A DNA stretch of 64,000 nucleotides from Phoronis australis (GCA_002633005.1 NMRA01000397.1:159217-223216), one strand, 5' to 3'; counted from the stretch's first letter, positions 11,642 through 25,433 are shown. The notes: generated by a model from the letters alone, not told the origin. Numbers and translations: made by a program.

Positions 11642-14600
11642 GCCATGCTATGTCCATACATTTTGATATCCCAAATATATTTTTATTTTCTAAGTGTTCT
11701 TGTATGTTGTTGCTTAATATAAAATGAGAGTAACTGTACTTGGAAATTTTATTTAGCCACATACATGTACATGCATAGCAGATCAATCTGTGTTATTTAA
11801 CAGTAGTTTTATTTTTGTGTTTGACCTAAACTGCCTGTTACGTTGTTAATAATAGTGGTGTCAACAAAGTCAGTAATAGATATAATGTGTCCACATTCTG
11901 AGAATCAGTTTTCTCTCCCAAACAACAATGCCTTAACAATCTTTGGATACACATAGACACAATTTGCCTATAATTTAAAAACAGTACTGTTTCACATGCG
12001 GTTTTCTATCATAGAATTGCTGAAATTTAGGAACAGCTTTTACAAAATTAACATTTGATTTTGAGACACAATATTGCTTCTCATGTTTGAAGTGAAATTA
12101 TGCATTAACTTTACAGTTCACTGCAAATATGTTCCTTAATGTTGTTAAGACACAAGCTCTTCTGTATGTTAAAAACTTGACTTGCACAGTTAGCAATGAG
12201 TGGTTACTTCAATTCTCTGGATATGCAAAGCAATCTTCAGAACTTCCAAAAAGCTGTAGATGAGAACAAGTCATCATAATAAACTGCGATGAGTTGCGAA
12301 TTTTGTTGGAAGGTTGACTCGCAATGCAAGCTTCACCAAGTCCAGTGAAATTATTTTCTTCACCGCAGAAAGAACTGAATTACTTCAGCATTTTTAAGAC
12401 AAAAGAGTGCATCGGAAGTGCGCAGGAATCATGGTTGGGCCCATTGCACAAAACACCTGAGCTGAGAACATGAGAGCCCCATTATCGATCAACAGGTTCT
12501 TCATGAAAGAAGTTTTCAAGTCTACCCGTCTCCTTTAAGAAAACTGACAGGCTTTTCTATTTGTTTCAGTGTTGTAGGCATGTAACAGTGCGATCCAGTA
12601 GGATACAAGAATACCTTCCTATAAACATTTAATTTTTGACCAATTGTTTTTTTGAACAATAACTCAAGTAGGAATGAAGTTTTCTGAAGTGACAAGTAGG
12701 TGAAGAATTATTGTAATAATACAAAAGGGTTGTACCGTTACATGTGACTATAAACTGATAACTCGTACATTTGATTTGGTTATAAGGTTATAAACTGCAC
12801 AAACGAGCGAACCAACCATAAAATACCTATGCACAGCACATGTGCAAGAATGGAAGACTTCAAATGTAAAGGATTCACAAAAATATCTCCATTCAGTATT
12901 CTAAAACTAGATTTACATCACCTATTGCCTCGCTTCAACAATATTGTTCTTAAGTGCCTGGTTGCATATAAGTCCCAAATACGGACTTGGCTAAGGTCCC
13001 TAAATCTGTTGCGTATTTGTGACATTTTTTAATCACAGAATCAATCATTGTCTATGTCCGTATCTTCATTAATAATATGCCTAGAAACTGGACCCTTCAT
13101 TCAATGAAAACAAATAGGAACTTCGTCTTTAAATTACAGGTGTTGCATTAAAGATACACATTTGTTTTCAATCAGACTGAAAATAGAACATAGGGGTTAC
13201 TCTGTGTATCAAAGCCAATAATAGACTTAGTAATGCAAATAACGAACAGGCAATTGGTGTTTTCGTAAGTCTACAAATGCTGTGAAAAGTTAAGGAAGAT
13301 AGCCAGTCCCTACACGGGTCTGCTTCACGCAACTGGGCAAAGGAGTGTAAAATTCATTGCAATCTTGTATAACAAATTAGAAACCCTGCATATGGCCAAA
13401 TATAGTAAAAATGGTTCTGGTTAGCATCAGACTCGTGTTGAAACATGCCTCTCGCTGTTTAAAGAAAAACGGATTCCACCCCATTTCCGCTGGCATCACT
13501 ACACTGAGAGAAAAAGAAGGCTTATTGTCTCGGCTGGAATCGGGAGAAGCTTGGGAAAAAAAGGAAACCGTATAACTTCATCAGTTAAACAGACAAGAAC
13601 CATTGCTACATTCATTGCCCCCCTGGGTGCGCGCATATAATTCTTTATTATTTTGAGCCAAATATGGAAGATGTTGGCGAGGACATAAAAAATCAACTAT
13701 TTTCTGACCTTTTGATTTTTTATGCTTTTAGCAATTCCACTCAAATGCCTTTTTGCACCCTTATGTTATGGCCTAAGGTGGAGGGTGCCACTTCTCAGAT
13801 TTTGTATTTTCCTTCGAATAACATAGATATTGGCTGTCAAAATGAATACTTGAAAGCACTGATAACTATTTTACTGGCAAATCAAAAATCCGACACATGA
13901 AACCATGGCTAGTGACCATAAGAATATTGTTCTAACACCAAGTTTATATGTTTAAAGGGTCGAAATTGACAAGTAAAAAGTAATTTGATGAAGTGCAAAA
14001 GCGTGACTTCATGGAGGTTGACAATTAACTTCAGACACGTTCATAGGCATACATTCCAACCAGATTTGTTATTCGATTACAGATGACTTTACCGTGTCAA
14101 GTTTATTTACAACACAATTATCACCACTTCATGAACCTGAAATTCTTAAAAACTTCCTAAGCTTCCTAAATTCTTTGCAAATTCAAAGCATAGCGACTGA
14201 CAAGATGAAACAGGAGGCAGTCAAAAACTGTTGTACAGTCTTGGCACAAACCTAAAAACCACCCGCTACGATTGATGTAATACTTAAACAAACAAATACT
14301 GCAATAAATGTGCATAAATATTGCACAAGCAATCACTGTGAAAAGAGCTTCACATAGGCTGGGGCTGGAAGTCCATCAAACTCGACCAAAAAATGACGCC
14401 AGCATGCCATACTAGATCCGCGAATGCTAAATTCAATTAACAAAAATGAAGAGAGTATCAAATCTACACACCTACAAATTCTCCAGTCCCCCAAATAGCT
14501 ACATCAACCTGATATAAAGGGCATTACACATTGCCAAACCATGTTCATCGCTAAAACCTGCAGATTAACAACATCACATTATCCACCTTGCCACCTATGT

Positions 14601-15285
14601 TACCTAGTAAAACCAGTCATTAACAAATTTTAAATTAAAACATCAACCGTGCCCAGATCACCACTTTCATTTTTCAGACACATTTTCATGTTCGCTCTTC
14701 AATGCATCAAAACAAGTGCATTTTCATTCAGCTCCAATATTTCATTCCTTACTATCGACATCACAAAAGCATAGCTTAACCCTCTCTTCCAGTTCACTAT
14801 GATCACTTCCAGTTCACTATGATCACTTACAGTATGCCCAGTTGCACAACATATTTCCAAATAGATACTCACCCATTAAGTTTCCTAAATCTTTTACATA
14901 TTAGTGTCATTCTTTACTCACAGATCTAACATTTTTCTGTCATTGTATATAAATAAAAAATAACAGAAACTTAGCTCTTAAAAATTAAGGGCATTGCATG
15001 AAAAGATCCCTATTTATTTTTAATAACATAGAGAATTCAAGTGAGACTTCACTCTCCATTTGTATCCAAGACAAAAATTGACTTAGTAATGAAACTAAAG
15101 CAACATAAGGACAATAACTGTTTTCACAGATTAAGGGACCTTTGTTGAATCTCTAATTGGGGCTGTTTCATGGAAATGGGCCCCTGCACAGTTTGAAAAG
15201 CAATTTTATCCACTGAATAGCAGAGATCAAGCTGGTTCTCAAAATGCAGGAGATGCATGTAAGTGATTACTTAGTATTTCCCTGT

Positions 15286-16125
15286 TTACAACATTGTCAC
15301 CTTCTCCAACTTGTTGCAATGAAGACACAGCTGCTTTCTTGTCTCTTCTGCAACTTCCTGTTTTAAACTCTTTAAAGTCTCCATTATTTCTTTTTTCTCT
15401 GCCTCCAGTTTTGCCTTTTCCAATTGTCTCTGTTTTTCCGACTCCATCAGTGATTTCATGTCACGTACAAGACGCAGGTTCTGCACTTTCAGTTCATCCA
15501 TTTGAATCTGCATAGCATTTTCTTTAGACACCATGTGACGCCTCTGTGCGTCTAATCTCAATTCCATTTCTTGTTTTGAGTCTTCTAGTTTACAAATCAT
15601 TTCAGACCGCTGTATTTCAATGGCGGAGCGTAGCTCGGCAATACAGTTGTGTTCAGAGTCTTCAGGACTAAATATAGGCTGGCCACAGCCTTTAGGACAC
15701 TCCCTTGTGCGGTATTCACATGTCTTTAAGTGTTCCTCATGTTCTCTGCGCTCTAACATAACAGTACATCCTGCACTTGGACACTCAACCACCTCATAAC
15801 CACACTCACTCTCATGATTGGCTATAAACTCTAAGTCTGTCACATGACGGCACCCTGCCTCAGAATTACGACAGCGTATCTGCAGTCTATCCAAGTCATT
15901 TTTCATGTATCGGAACAACGGTCTTAGCTGTGATGCAAACAGTACTCGTCGGTCTTCAGGGCAGTAGTTTTCATGAACTAGCCAACCATGTATACAGGCA
16001 GAACAGAATGCATGCTCGCACGGTGCCTGCAATGGTTCCTCAAGAACGTCACGACATATACAGCAGAGAAGTCCCTCATTGATTTCACCCACAAATCGCT
16101 CAATGTCGTAGCCCATGCCACCCAT
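15286..16125 (-). CDS. RNF151: RNF151-like / NRDP1(RNF41)-related RING finger E3 ubiquitin ligase, 279 aa, single coding exon
   Basis: Acceptor ttttttcattcacag| (exon begins 16136), first ATG at 16125 (MGGMGYDIERF). RING CCIC...CEHAFCSAC...CPED is the C3HC3D type of the TRAF/NRDP1 family, followed by TRAF-type zinc fingers and a long coiled coil. The symbol is a family-level best guess; an upstream exon could extend the N-terminus. Confidence 0.88.
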   Translation of the reverse strand: MGGMGYDIERFVGEINEGLLCCICRDVLEEPLQAPCEHAFCSACIHGWLVHENYCPEDRRVLFASQLRPLFRYMKNDLDRLQIRCRNSEAGCRHVTDLEFIANHESECGYEVVECPSAGCTVMLERREHEEHLKTCEYRTRECPKGCGQPIFSPEDSEHNCIAELRSAIEIQRSEMICKLEDSKQEMELRLDAQRRHMVSKENAMQIQMDELKVQNLRLVRDMKSLMESEKQRQLEKAKLEAEKKEIMETLKSLKQEVAEETRKQLCLHCNKLEKVTML

Positions 16126-19100
16126 ATATGGTAATCCTGTGAATGAAAAAACGTTAAAGTAGACTATCAACCAAGATCATTCATGCTTCTGGTCATGATC
16201 AATTCAAATGGAAAATGTGTAAACGCCGGGGATAACCTTACGAGCCCACCGCATATCATTGGTGCAAAAAAATTTCATTGACACACAGTGAAAACTAAAC
16301 TCAGACCAACGTGTGTACTAAAATTGTGTCTCAATCACACCATATTTTGTCTTGAATAATACGCATTGCGTCAGATTTTAAAGTAACGACAGTGCAGACC
16401 AGCAGATCAAAACTAATGTCCTTCATGGGGACGTATACCACATTGTGAAAATAATCCATGATAGCAAGTAGCAGCATATATTAATAAAAACAACAACGGT
16501 ATTAAGTCGACTTGACATGTTTCGGTGTCATTTATTCAAACACCATCACCAGAAGAGAGATTACAGTGGCCACTGGCAAAAAGCCTCTTTCCAAAATATA
16601 ATGCTACACCAATTCTGTCAAGTTTACCAACAGTGCTACAAGTAAACTGGTTACTTCTCACTACAGTTGTACTTGTGACTCTTACATCAAAATTCACCAT
16701 CCATATACTCTTATAACCCAAGTCAAGTCTCAGTGTTGCACAGTGGGCTGTAATCATCACAAAAAAGTTTAACAAACTGATTGCCATATCATTTTCCACT
16801 CGGCTGTCAGTAGATGGATATTAAGCCAATATTGTCAGCAGATAGATATTAAGGGAACATTGTCAAAGTTTGCAAATACTTTTACAGTACATCCACTTTC
16901 AACACATCCTAAAAGTTAAGTTTTTCTTTAAAATGTGTAAAAATTTCATTACGCACCTTGTTAAATATAACTCAAATCTTGAGAAAAGGTCATGAAAATG
17001 TTTTTAGGTCAACCATTTTTTCAAAAAGAGCATTTTTGACTTCCCAAAGTTCTTTTTTTCTTATTTTTGAGGTGGTGAGGAAATGGAATAAACTGCTGGC
17101 AAAAAATTACCCCTGCATGGACTCCACATCGGTCAGGCTAAAACGCAAGCATTTTTGCCACTTTTCGCTTCTCATGTGAACCTAGAAGTATCAGACACTG
17201 TGGCTCAATGTCATTACCACAATCATAACACCTAGGGCAAATGTCTATCTTTTCAGCACATAATTGGATCTACAATATCTATAAAATGCCAAAAGGAATT
17301 CAAGAGGTTCATTAACCTTGATTTGAAGTGCAGGCAATTGATGGCACCTAAAGGCTTCTTTCCTTAATAGAATGATAGCGATGTGTCTCAGGCAGTCAAA
17401 ACAATGTCTTGGGTTAATAAATACATGAATAAAATTTCTGTTCCTTAATTACAAAACAATACCAATGGGAAACATCAGGAAGAAAACACCCAAGACTGTA
17501 CATCTCCAAGAAGTATAAAGCCTCTGAGAAAACTGCTCCATGTACAATAATAGCTCCAAGCAAAGTATTTCACCAACGACAGATCAATGTGAATTTCCAA
17601 CAAGGGCAGATGAAGGAGTTCTAGGCCACATAACCATAGCAACTGAACCACTGAGAACATTAGGTCATAAGCTATGGCACAAAATATGGCCGACAAGTGA
17701 AATTCTGTTAAGTTAAATTTCTAAAAATGAAGAACATTTTTGTCTGGTTAGTAGCGTGTAGATGCCAGAAAACAACATTTGCTTATTTATTTACTTATTT
17801 ATTTAAACTTCTTTAAGAGACCAGGTGACCACTTCAGTGAATACACTGATTTTCAAGTGGATCCAGTGGGAAATAATCTACATGAAGTAAAATACAAAGA
17901 GCTATGGACAATTAGACTGAAAAGATTAATAAATAAAATAAATTAGTATAACACTAGTTGATATGTACAATTCGATGAATAAATAAGATAAAATAGAGTG
18001 AAATATTGATGAGTAATTTTGTTTGAAGACGTAGACATTGGGTGCATTTGCGACGGCAGTCCCCAGCTCATTGTAAGCGACAATACCTGTGTAAGCAAAA
18101 GTTCTTTTGCCACAGTTGTTTTTAGATTTATCTGGTACCAGAGAACCAGAAACACTCGCTCTAGTATTTTCAATTATGAGAATCTTTGACTGCTTTGAAT
18201 TTAGTAGTGAGGTAATAGGGTGTAAGGGTATGTATGACTTTGTACACCATAAAGTTTAAATGAAAGGCATGCCTGCAGACCAGGCTGCACTGACTTGAGG
18301 TCAGAAATAGGAAATTCATCATAAAGGCCACTATAGTTGAGTATCAACCTCCCAGCCTTATTAAATTCCCATCATTTGAAAAAACGTAATCCATTTTGGC
18401 AATTATTTTTGTGCAAAATAAGTGCAGAATTGCCATAATAAAAATTGTCTCAAAGAATTGCACTCATTCACTTGACCTTCTAACTTAACTCTCTGCAATA
18501 AATTCTACCAAAATCCATTTCGTCTAATGAGCTGAAATTTCCCACATCACACCCTGGAACTCAACATTAGCGGTAGTCCGACTGCCCGGGACAACCAGTT
18601 TGTTGGTCCGGACAAGCTCACGGCCGAGCAACTTGTCCAACAGGAGAAGTTAATGAATTTTTGGAAACTATAGTAAATCTGTACGATCAGAACTACTTTG
18701 CAGCAATGATAACTCAGTGTCGGTAATATGCGGCGCAAATCGGCAAGGTGTTGTTTATGCAGGAGATCATGACTGGACGCGATCCGAGGCACTTGCATTC
18801 GAATAGTTCTAACCAAAGTGACGTGCTCTCATTAAAATACACAACAGTATCTCACGTAATCTGGAAAAGTTTTGATTTTAGCTAGGTCCTAGCGTATCCG
18901 AGCGTTTTGAACGCACGCCAGGTTCCCGATGATACATCTCAGTCGGAAGGCACTTCAAACCAGTTCGCTCAGTGTACTTGTATTGGCATGTGCTGATCAT
19001 TGAGACAGCGCTTGTCGAATGTATTTCATTTGCTGCAGAAGAACAAACAAAGCAGTACTTGACAGGGATATCACGTCCGTGACCAAACTTTCTGTGATTC

Positions 19101-19151
19101 CCTGTGAGAGTACACGAAACATAACCACCCTGAGTATTGAAATATAAAAGA

Positions 19152-19354
19152 CCCCCCATTTGGCGAAGTAGGTACAAAAGGTCCGCCTCCGAGTGACAAA
19201 AAGTCTGAGATAACTGGATAAAAGACCACTAAATAAGCGTGAACAGTGGTGCTCCCGTTTTTTTTTAGTCCGCCCGCTGTTTCGTTAGGATAAGGTCCAC
19301 GACGTCAAGAATTATCGAGCCCCCCCCAAATTGAAGGCTGGGTACACGGCACAT
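19152..19354 (-). mobile_element. Short MITE, same family as 45959-46224 and 58293-58510
   Basis: Reverse complement shares CCCAGCCTTCAA...GGGGGCTCGA...GACTAAAAAAAA...CTTCGCCAAA with the other two copies. Confidence 0.7.
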
Positions 19355-21063
19355 ATAAGCGCAAGTCGAACATTCTGTCCACGTTCCACGTGGTCAAAAA
19401 CTTATTTTTGTGAACTTTTGGTTTGCCTGATGACTTTTTACAAGGTGTGTTTTTGCTTCATTATTTTTGCAGCTGACCGAGTACCAATATTGCCTAATAA
19501 TAGTATCCTCCGATTGTTGAGCACGTGCTCTGAACAACAGCGGTGTTGGCTTAGAACTTATGTAATAATATTACACTGTTCAAAGTATTCAACAAGAAGA
19601 GCTGTCAATCATTAGCATGTGCTTGGTTGCCTAAGTGTCCAGCTGGAAGCAAATCTTTACACAATCAAGTGCTTCCCTAAAAGTACACCGCGAACTGGGG
19701 GAGTCTTGTTTAATCTGTCTTTTCTCTCAAGAAACTTGCCCTACTGAACGTACGCCTACCTGTAGGAATACCTTAGTTCTAAGAGATGAGCAGCAGCAAC
19801 CGAGGTACGTAAAAACCCAATCACGCCCAGGATTACGACGCCACTGTATCGTGTGCGCAGGCCGTCGGAAGTCACGACCTATATTTTAACTGATATGCTT
19901 GAAGTCCAATGTCAGTGTAAGGCTATGACTGTCAACTCCATACAAGAAAGGGAGTGTGTACCAAGTAAACAGGAACAAAACTGCAGATATATGTTTAAAG
20001 CTTGTTTTTATTTTGATTTAAAGCATTACACCATTCACAGCAGCTAAGATGATAATTTTTTGTTGGAGGTCAATATACATAGCATTAAGTGATTTAAATC
20101 CAAAGTTAATTATGGTAAAATTCTCCCGTATGGGCAACGAAAAATTAATTAATTTGCTAAAGGTTGGAGTTTCTACCAAATTTTAGAAATAGACAGTAAT
20201 GGCTGTCCCAAATTCAAGAATTATGAGAAGGCAAATTTGTCACTTTATTCCAAATTTAGTGGACACAAAATGCAGTGTCCGTTATTTGAGAAATATGATG
20301 AACGTCAAAAGTATCCACGTCCCAGTCAACAGAATCAAGAAAATTCAATTGGCTTGAATTTCAGTACCTCAGATTTTAGAGGACTGCCAAAGCTGGAGAT
20401 TTTTTAACATAATAATCAGTTCCAATCAAATTAAAAAAGTCACCTTTTGCCAAAGAGTTTCAATATGCCAAATAGAAGAACTTATCCTAAGGTTTGAGAC
20501 CATCTTTAACATAGTATAACACTTGTTTCCCTTCGCCCTACCTAAGTTGACACAGCAGTAAATTATTTATTTTTTACTCTTTATTATTGAGGCATACACA
20601 TTTCTTTCCAAAAAAATACTTTTTATTTTCATAATTGAAAAAATAATTCTTACTCAGACTACGAATAAATTGTATCGAGTCAGCTGTGTGAGGGAAAACA
20701 AACTGAATTTCGATTTTAGCCTTGACAAGTTTTACAGTTATCTTGTTTTATAAATCAATGTACAAATAATTTCCCATTCTACAGGCCACTACCAGACATT
20801 TTTATAAGGTACAAATGTCTGAATAGCAAACAATAACTGATAAGAGAACTGGCTGTTATGAAGAAAATGAAATACAATGTAGACTGGATACTGCACAATC
20901 ACAGTGTGATAATACAAAATGATTTGATTGTTTGCGCTATCAGACAGGCTCCAATCTCAAGTTACCTGTGATCTCAATTCAAAGTATATACATCACAGAT
21001 CTGATCAATGCAGCTCAAGTTATCATTTAGTATTGATAGGCCCTACAGGCTACATTTAGAATA

Positions 21064-22515
21064 CCGTATTCGACGTAATAACCACCCACGGCGCTTAGAA
21101 AATTTCATTTCAGGGGGGCATTCATTATAACCCAAGGCCGTTGAAACCCGGTCTCCGAAACGGGTGAAATCGGAAGCTAAGATTCATAATATTTGCGCTC
21201 TTTGACGTATCTGTAATCTATGAAAGACTTTCTACAAAACCGTGGTGCACTGCTATCAAACTTTGCTGCTAAATTACGATCATTTTACAGAAAATTGTGT
21301 TGAAATCCCGGGGCGAAAACTCGCCGACTGCCTGCCTCGCAATCGTCGATATGGCGACTTGAATGTTTGAATAAAAATACAGTTTCGACTCAGCAAATAA
21401 CCTGAAATCCTCCTTATGTTTTCCCAGTAGCTTCCCTAAGATTTTCAAGTTCCCGTGGATTGGCAACATGAGAAAAATGCCTGGACGAACACACATGTTG
21501 TTGTCACGTGACGTTTGTTTTGAAGTTGACTGCGTTTGTGAGTATGTGAGCGTGTGCGTGTGACACCAGAGTTCATTTGCCAGAGCAGAGACAGTCTTTT
21601 GGCCAGAGCCACGCAATCTAACGAGCTAGATGTGCATTGTATCTAAAGAAATTTCCACAAGCAGTAAGCCTAAACCAGAGCGTGTTTCATTCAGCACTTG
21701 CCAGTCTCATGTGCTAAAAACGTTCGACATTTGTCTCGGTAAGGCCATATTAGTTGCCGTGTGGCTGGATGCGTACGTGATTATCTGACAGTTATTTTTC
21801 GGTGTAAGGGTGCGTAAGCATTCACTGTCAGTGGTCATTTTATTGGATACTTGGCTTAAAAACACCAATTATGGGTAATCAACAATTCCTAATTTCTAAT
21901 GCAAACATTTTTTGTAGTGTTAGAAACTGTCGGAAATTAGTGCCAATATTCATTTCTTGCCAATGCTATACTACCCATTTCATGAATGGATAGTTCCCGG
22001 CCGACTAATGTCTTTGATGACAGGTTCATGTATGTAGTGCGCGTTTCCTGGCCACATGCTTTTAACACTGGCCAAGCTTTTTATTAGTCTTCGATTCGCG
22101 GTTTTCACGTGTACAAAGAAATTTGGATTCCTGTTGAAACCGGGAAATATCTACTAAGCAATCCCGTAGACAAGTACAATACTTCTGTTCTGAAAGACCA
22201 GACCATTGCTCCTCGCAATATCACCAGAGCTTTTGTGTTCATTTTGAGGCATGGCAGAAGTTTGAAGTGTATAGTCAGGGCTAAATACCGACATAGCGGT
22301 GAGGCTCGTGGTCTACAAATTCTGCGGACAGTGATTTTTTTCAGGACTGTCGGATATTATCGATAAATTGAAGATGTTACTGTAGAATTTTAGGACCGTA
22401 GGTAAGGCATTTTTCCCACGTACACGTTCATGGACTGGGTGCTTATTTTAGCAAAGTCTGAAAACGCATGCGGGGACGCTTATAGGGGCATAGGCGGTTA
22501 TTACGGCGAATACGG
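21064..22515 (+). mobile_element. Tc1/mariner superfamily (Tc2-like) non-autonomous DNA transposon carrying a HIRAN-like ORF relic
   Basis: TA|CCGTATTCGACGTAATAACC ... GGTTATTACGGCGAATACGG|TA gives TIRs plus a TA target duplication. CCGTA termini are typical of Tc2-like elements. Homologous to 53002-54049 and 63713-64000. Confidence 0.85.
22088..22366 (+). pseudogene. Degenerate HIRAN-domain-like ORF inside the transposon
   Basis: SSIRGFHVYKEIWIPV...NPVDKY..SVLK...PRNITRAFVFILRHGRSLKCIV...RGLQI fits the stand-alone HIRAN pattern (RG.H.YK..W.P...N..D..AV.V....GH.PR...FL.HGG..C.V...GL.IPC). Confidence 0.7.
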
Positions 22516-23377
22516 TAGTTGATGTGTGCCAGTGGAGACTGTAAAGGTCTGTGCAATCCAAATATTTCCTTTTTTTAGTTGCCTAAGGAGGTTGTGTTAG
22601 CCAAAGACTGGCACAAATTCATCAGAACAGTTCTTGCATGGGTTGTCATCAGCTTAGTGTGTGTCGGATGTCAGCAACTTGTCCAATTTTAGCATAGTGT
22701 GCTGAGGATAAGAGCAGGGAATTGGTGGGATATGTATTTGATCCCATTTGCAAGTTGTATAAAATTAAACGTCATAAAGCTCAGAAAAGTCTATGTATAA
22801 ACCTTGAAAAATGACACCAGGGGGCGTGTTTCTCAGAGTTTTATTGGCTTTTGTCTTTTGCCGAAAAACCGGCTATGGACGGTTCACGAAAACAAGCTAA
22901 GGTTGAAAGTCAAAAAATCTATCTAACTCTTAAGTCAACAGACAGAAATCCATAGACTGCTCGACTAAATAGAAGACAAGATGTTTTGAGAAATGCAAAG
23001 ATAAAAATGAGTTTTTAGCTATTCATAATCAGATTTCTGATTTTTGGCTTAAGTCATAAAACAAAAACCAATATCCTCTTTGAAAAACAAGCCCTTGAAG
23101 TGACTTCAGTCAGAAATTTTGTTTCACGCTACTATTTCCGAAAATAATGTCATCTCAACTCAACAAAACTACAAGTTTTCTGAAATATACCTGCAATTGC
23201 TAGTTGCTCAGATAATTTGGTGTTCTTAGACATACTGTTATAGGTAGGGGCATGCTTCATTGGGTTGAAAAAGTGTACTCAGTTGGACACCTGAATAGGC
23301 TCAAACAAAGTCGATTCAATCATAAAGGTGTTTGAGGTAAAATAAAACCAAAATTAACAACTACCGGTAGTTTTTAA

Positions 23378-24278
23378 AGGGAAAAGTAACCTTTTTACAT
23401 GTCATTTTTAGCAAAAATAAGGTTCTTTGATTGTCCCACACATATTTTTCACTTAATTACAGCTTTTCTTAATTTAATCAATTATTCGATCTTTACTACA
23501 GAAGTGACGTTTTGGGAGGCAAGAATTTTGTGCCAATTTCTTTTCACATAGTGCGACTGTGAGAGCTGTCATTGTTATACCTCGGCTGTGACAAGTTCGG
23601 TAGTCATTTGCTTTTGCTTATGAGTCAGCTGACATGCCACACTGTTGCTGTGTCCCGGGATGTACTCATTACCGCCCAGAGCCTGTAAGCAGCTCTGCTG
23701 CGATATTGAGTAGAGAGAGTAAATACAGGCCCCGTTTGACAACCAGTGAAGAGGACAGTTCATTGTCCAATGAATAGATCGATGAGCCAAACTTTGATAA
23801 GTTTATTGAGGACTTGTCTAAAGTATTGGAACTATTCAGAAGGTGCCAAGTGTGTGGCAAGGGAGTCGCACCGCGGGATGTTATAAAGCAGTTTGTGTGC
23901 TCAGGTCACCATTCAGTGGGAGTGTGTCGCGGGACACTCGGGCAAGTGGGACAATTGTTCCTCTGTCCATGAGATGATAACAAGTACATCTCAGCACGCA
24001 GCAACAGTGTGCCATGTTGACTGACTCGTAAACAAAAGCCAATGTCGACCGAACTAATCACAACAGAGGTAGAACAATGACTGACTCGGCAGCTCTCACA
24101 GTCAGACTGTATGAAAAGAAATTGGCTCAAAATGCTTGCCTCCCAAAACGTCACTTCCGGAGTAAAGGATGAGTAATTGTTCAAATTACAAAAAGCTGTA
24201 ATTAAATGAAAAATATGTCTGGGATAATCAATGAACTTTTTTTGCTAAAAATGATATGAAAAAAGGTTGCCTTCGCCT
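23378..24278. mobile_element. Kolobok-type MITE with long (~150 bp) TIRs
   Basis: TTAA|AGGGAAAAGTAACCTTTTT...GAAGTGACGTTTTGGGAGGCAAG is mirrored by CTTGCCTCCCAAAACGTCACTTC...AAAAAGGTTGCCTTCGCCT|TTGA. AGG..CCT ends with a TTAA-like target. Confidence 0.75.
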
Positions 24279-25433
24279 TTGAAATGGCACTTATTTCAAT
24301 ATCAAGGTAAGCAAAAACCAAAACGATGAAAAAATGACCCATATTAATGGAGCATATGAGCACAGCCCTCCCATGCCAGCAAAATCAGGATTTCTAACTT
24401 ACAAGAGATGCTGGCAGACTCAATCAGTCAATAGTCGATAAACTACTGACTGCAGTTTCAGACTGGTCAATAACAGTCAAATCAAAATCCAAATGTCTGG
24501 TTAATGCACCATTATTTACACACTGAACCATAACTACTTTAGTAGGCAGTGTAAATCGGAAATCCAAACAGACAGCTTACAAAATGGTACAAAAGGAAAA
24601 CGGTTAAATAAAAATTATACCCTCGAGTAGGTGTCATGTTTGACAAAGTTTCCTCTCAGTTACTCTATAGGTAAATTCTTGGATTGAGAGAGCACTGGAG
24701 CAGATAGTTGCAATTATTTCCCTTCGATAACCCGTATGTACAACATGGGGTCTGTTTCATGAAAATAGCTTTTAAGTCTTAAAAGACTTAATACGTAGGA
24801 AATTTGGTCTCTCTCAGAAATATTTGTATGGAGTGCAAGACAAAAGCCACTTTTCATGAAATAGAACTGGAGCTTACTCATTTATTCAAAAACATACTTA
24901 TCGACAGAACTGCACCGAATCAACTATTCAACAATACAAAGGGTAAATAATACACCGCAGTTTACAGGTGGGACATTTTAAGACTACTGACTGTAAACCA
25001 AAATAAGGCTGATGTTTAGGATTTCAGGCCTTTTGTGCAATATTTCACATATGTTTTAGCAAAATACCTCATTTTCATTCTCAGGGAACGTCAAATATGA
25101 AATATGTATCGTGAAGTGATAAAAAACAATTTAGTATTGGTACTTAAATATAAAACATATTTTCATATTCCTTGATCATTTTTCTTTCAGAAAATTTGCA
25201 CTTTTACTAGTTGACAAAGCTACAAGTTAGAATGTAAGCACCAAATAAGGTATGAAGTAACCTTTAAGTAAATACAATGGAGGTTAAAACCAACATCAGC
25301 AGTCTACTGATCACATACAGGCCAGCCAATGTCCTGTTAAGATGAAACAGCGAACCAAGTTCAATCTCAGATGCTCATAATTCACCAGAAGCTGTAGGTT
25401 TAAAACTGGCCAACTTTCAGAAGAACAGTGGCA

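Noticed and set aside
15294-15515. Plus-strand 73-aa ORF overlapping the RING gene
   Set aside because: Antisense shadow of the coiled-coil coding region with no independent support.
16126-16170. N-terminal MIVYFNVFSFTGLPY of the 294-aa ORF
   Set aside because: It starts at a non-ATG codon and runs through the polypyrimidine tract and acceptor; intronic upstream of 16136.
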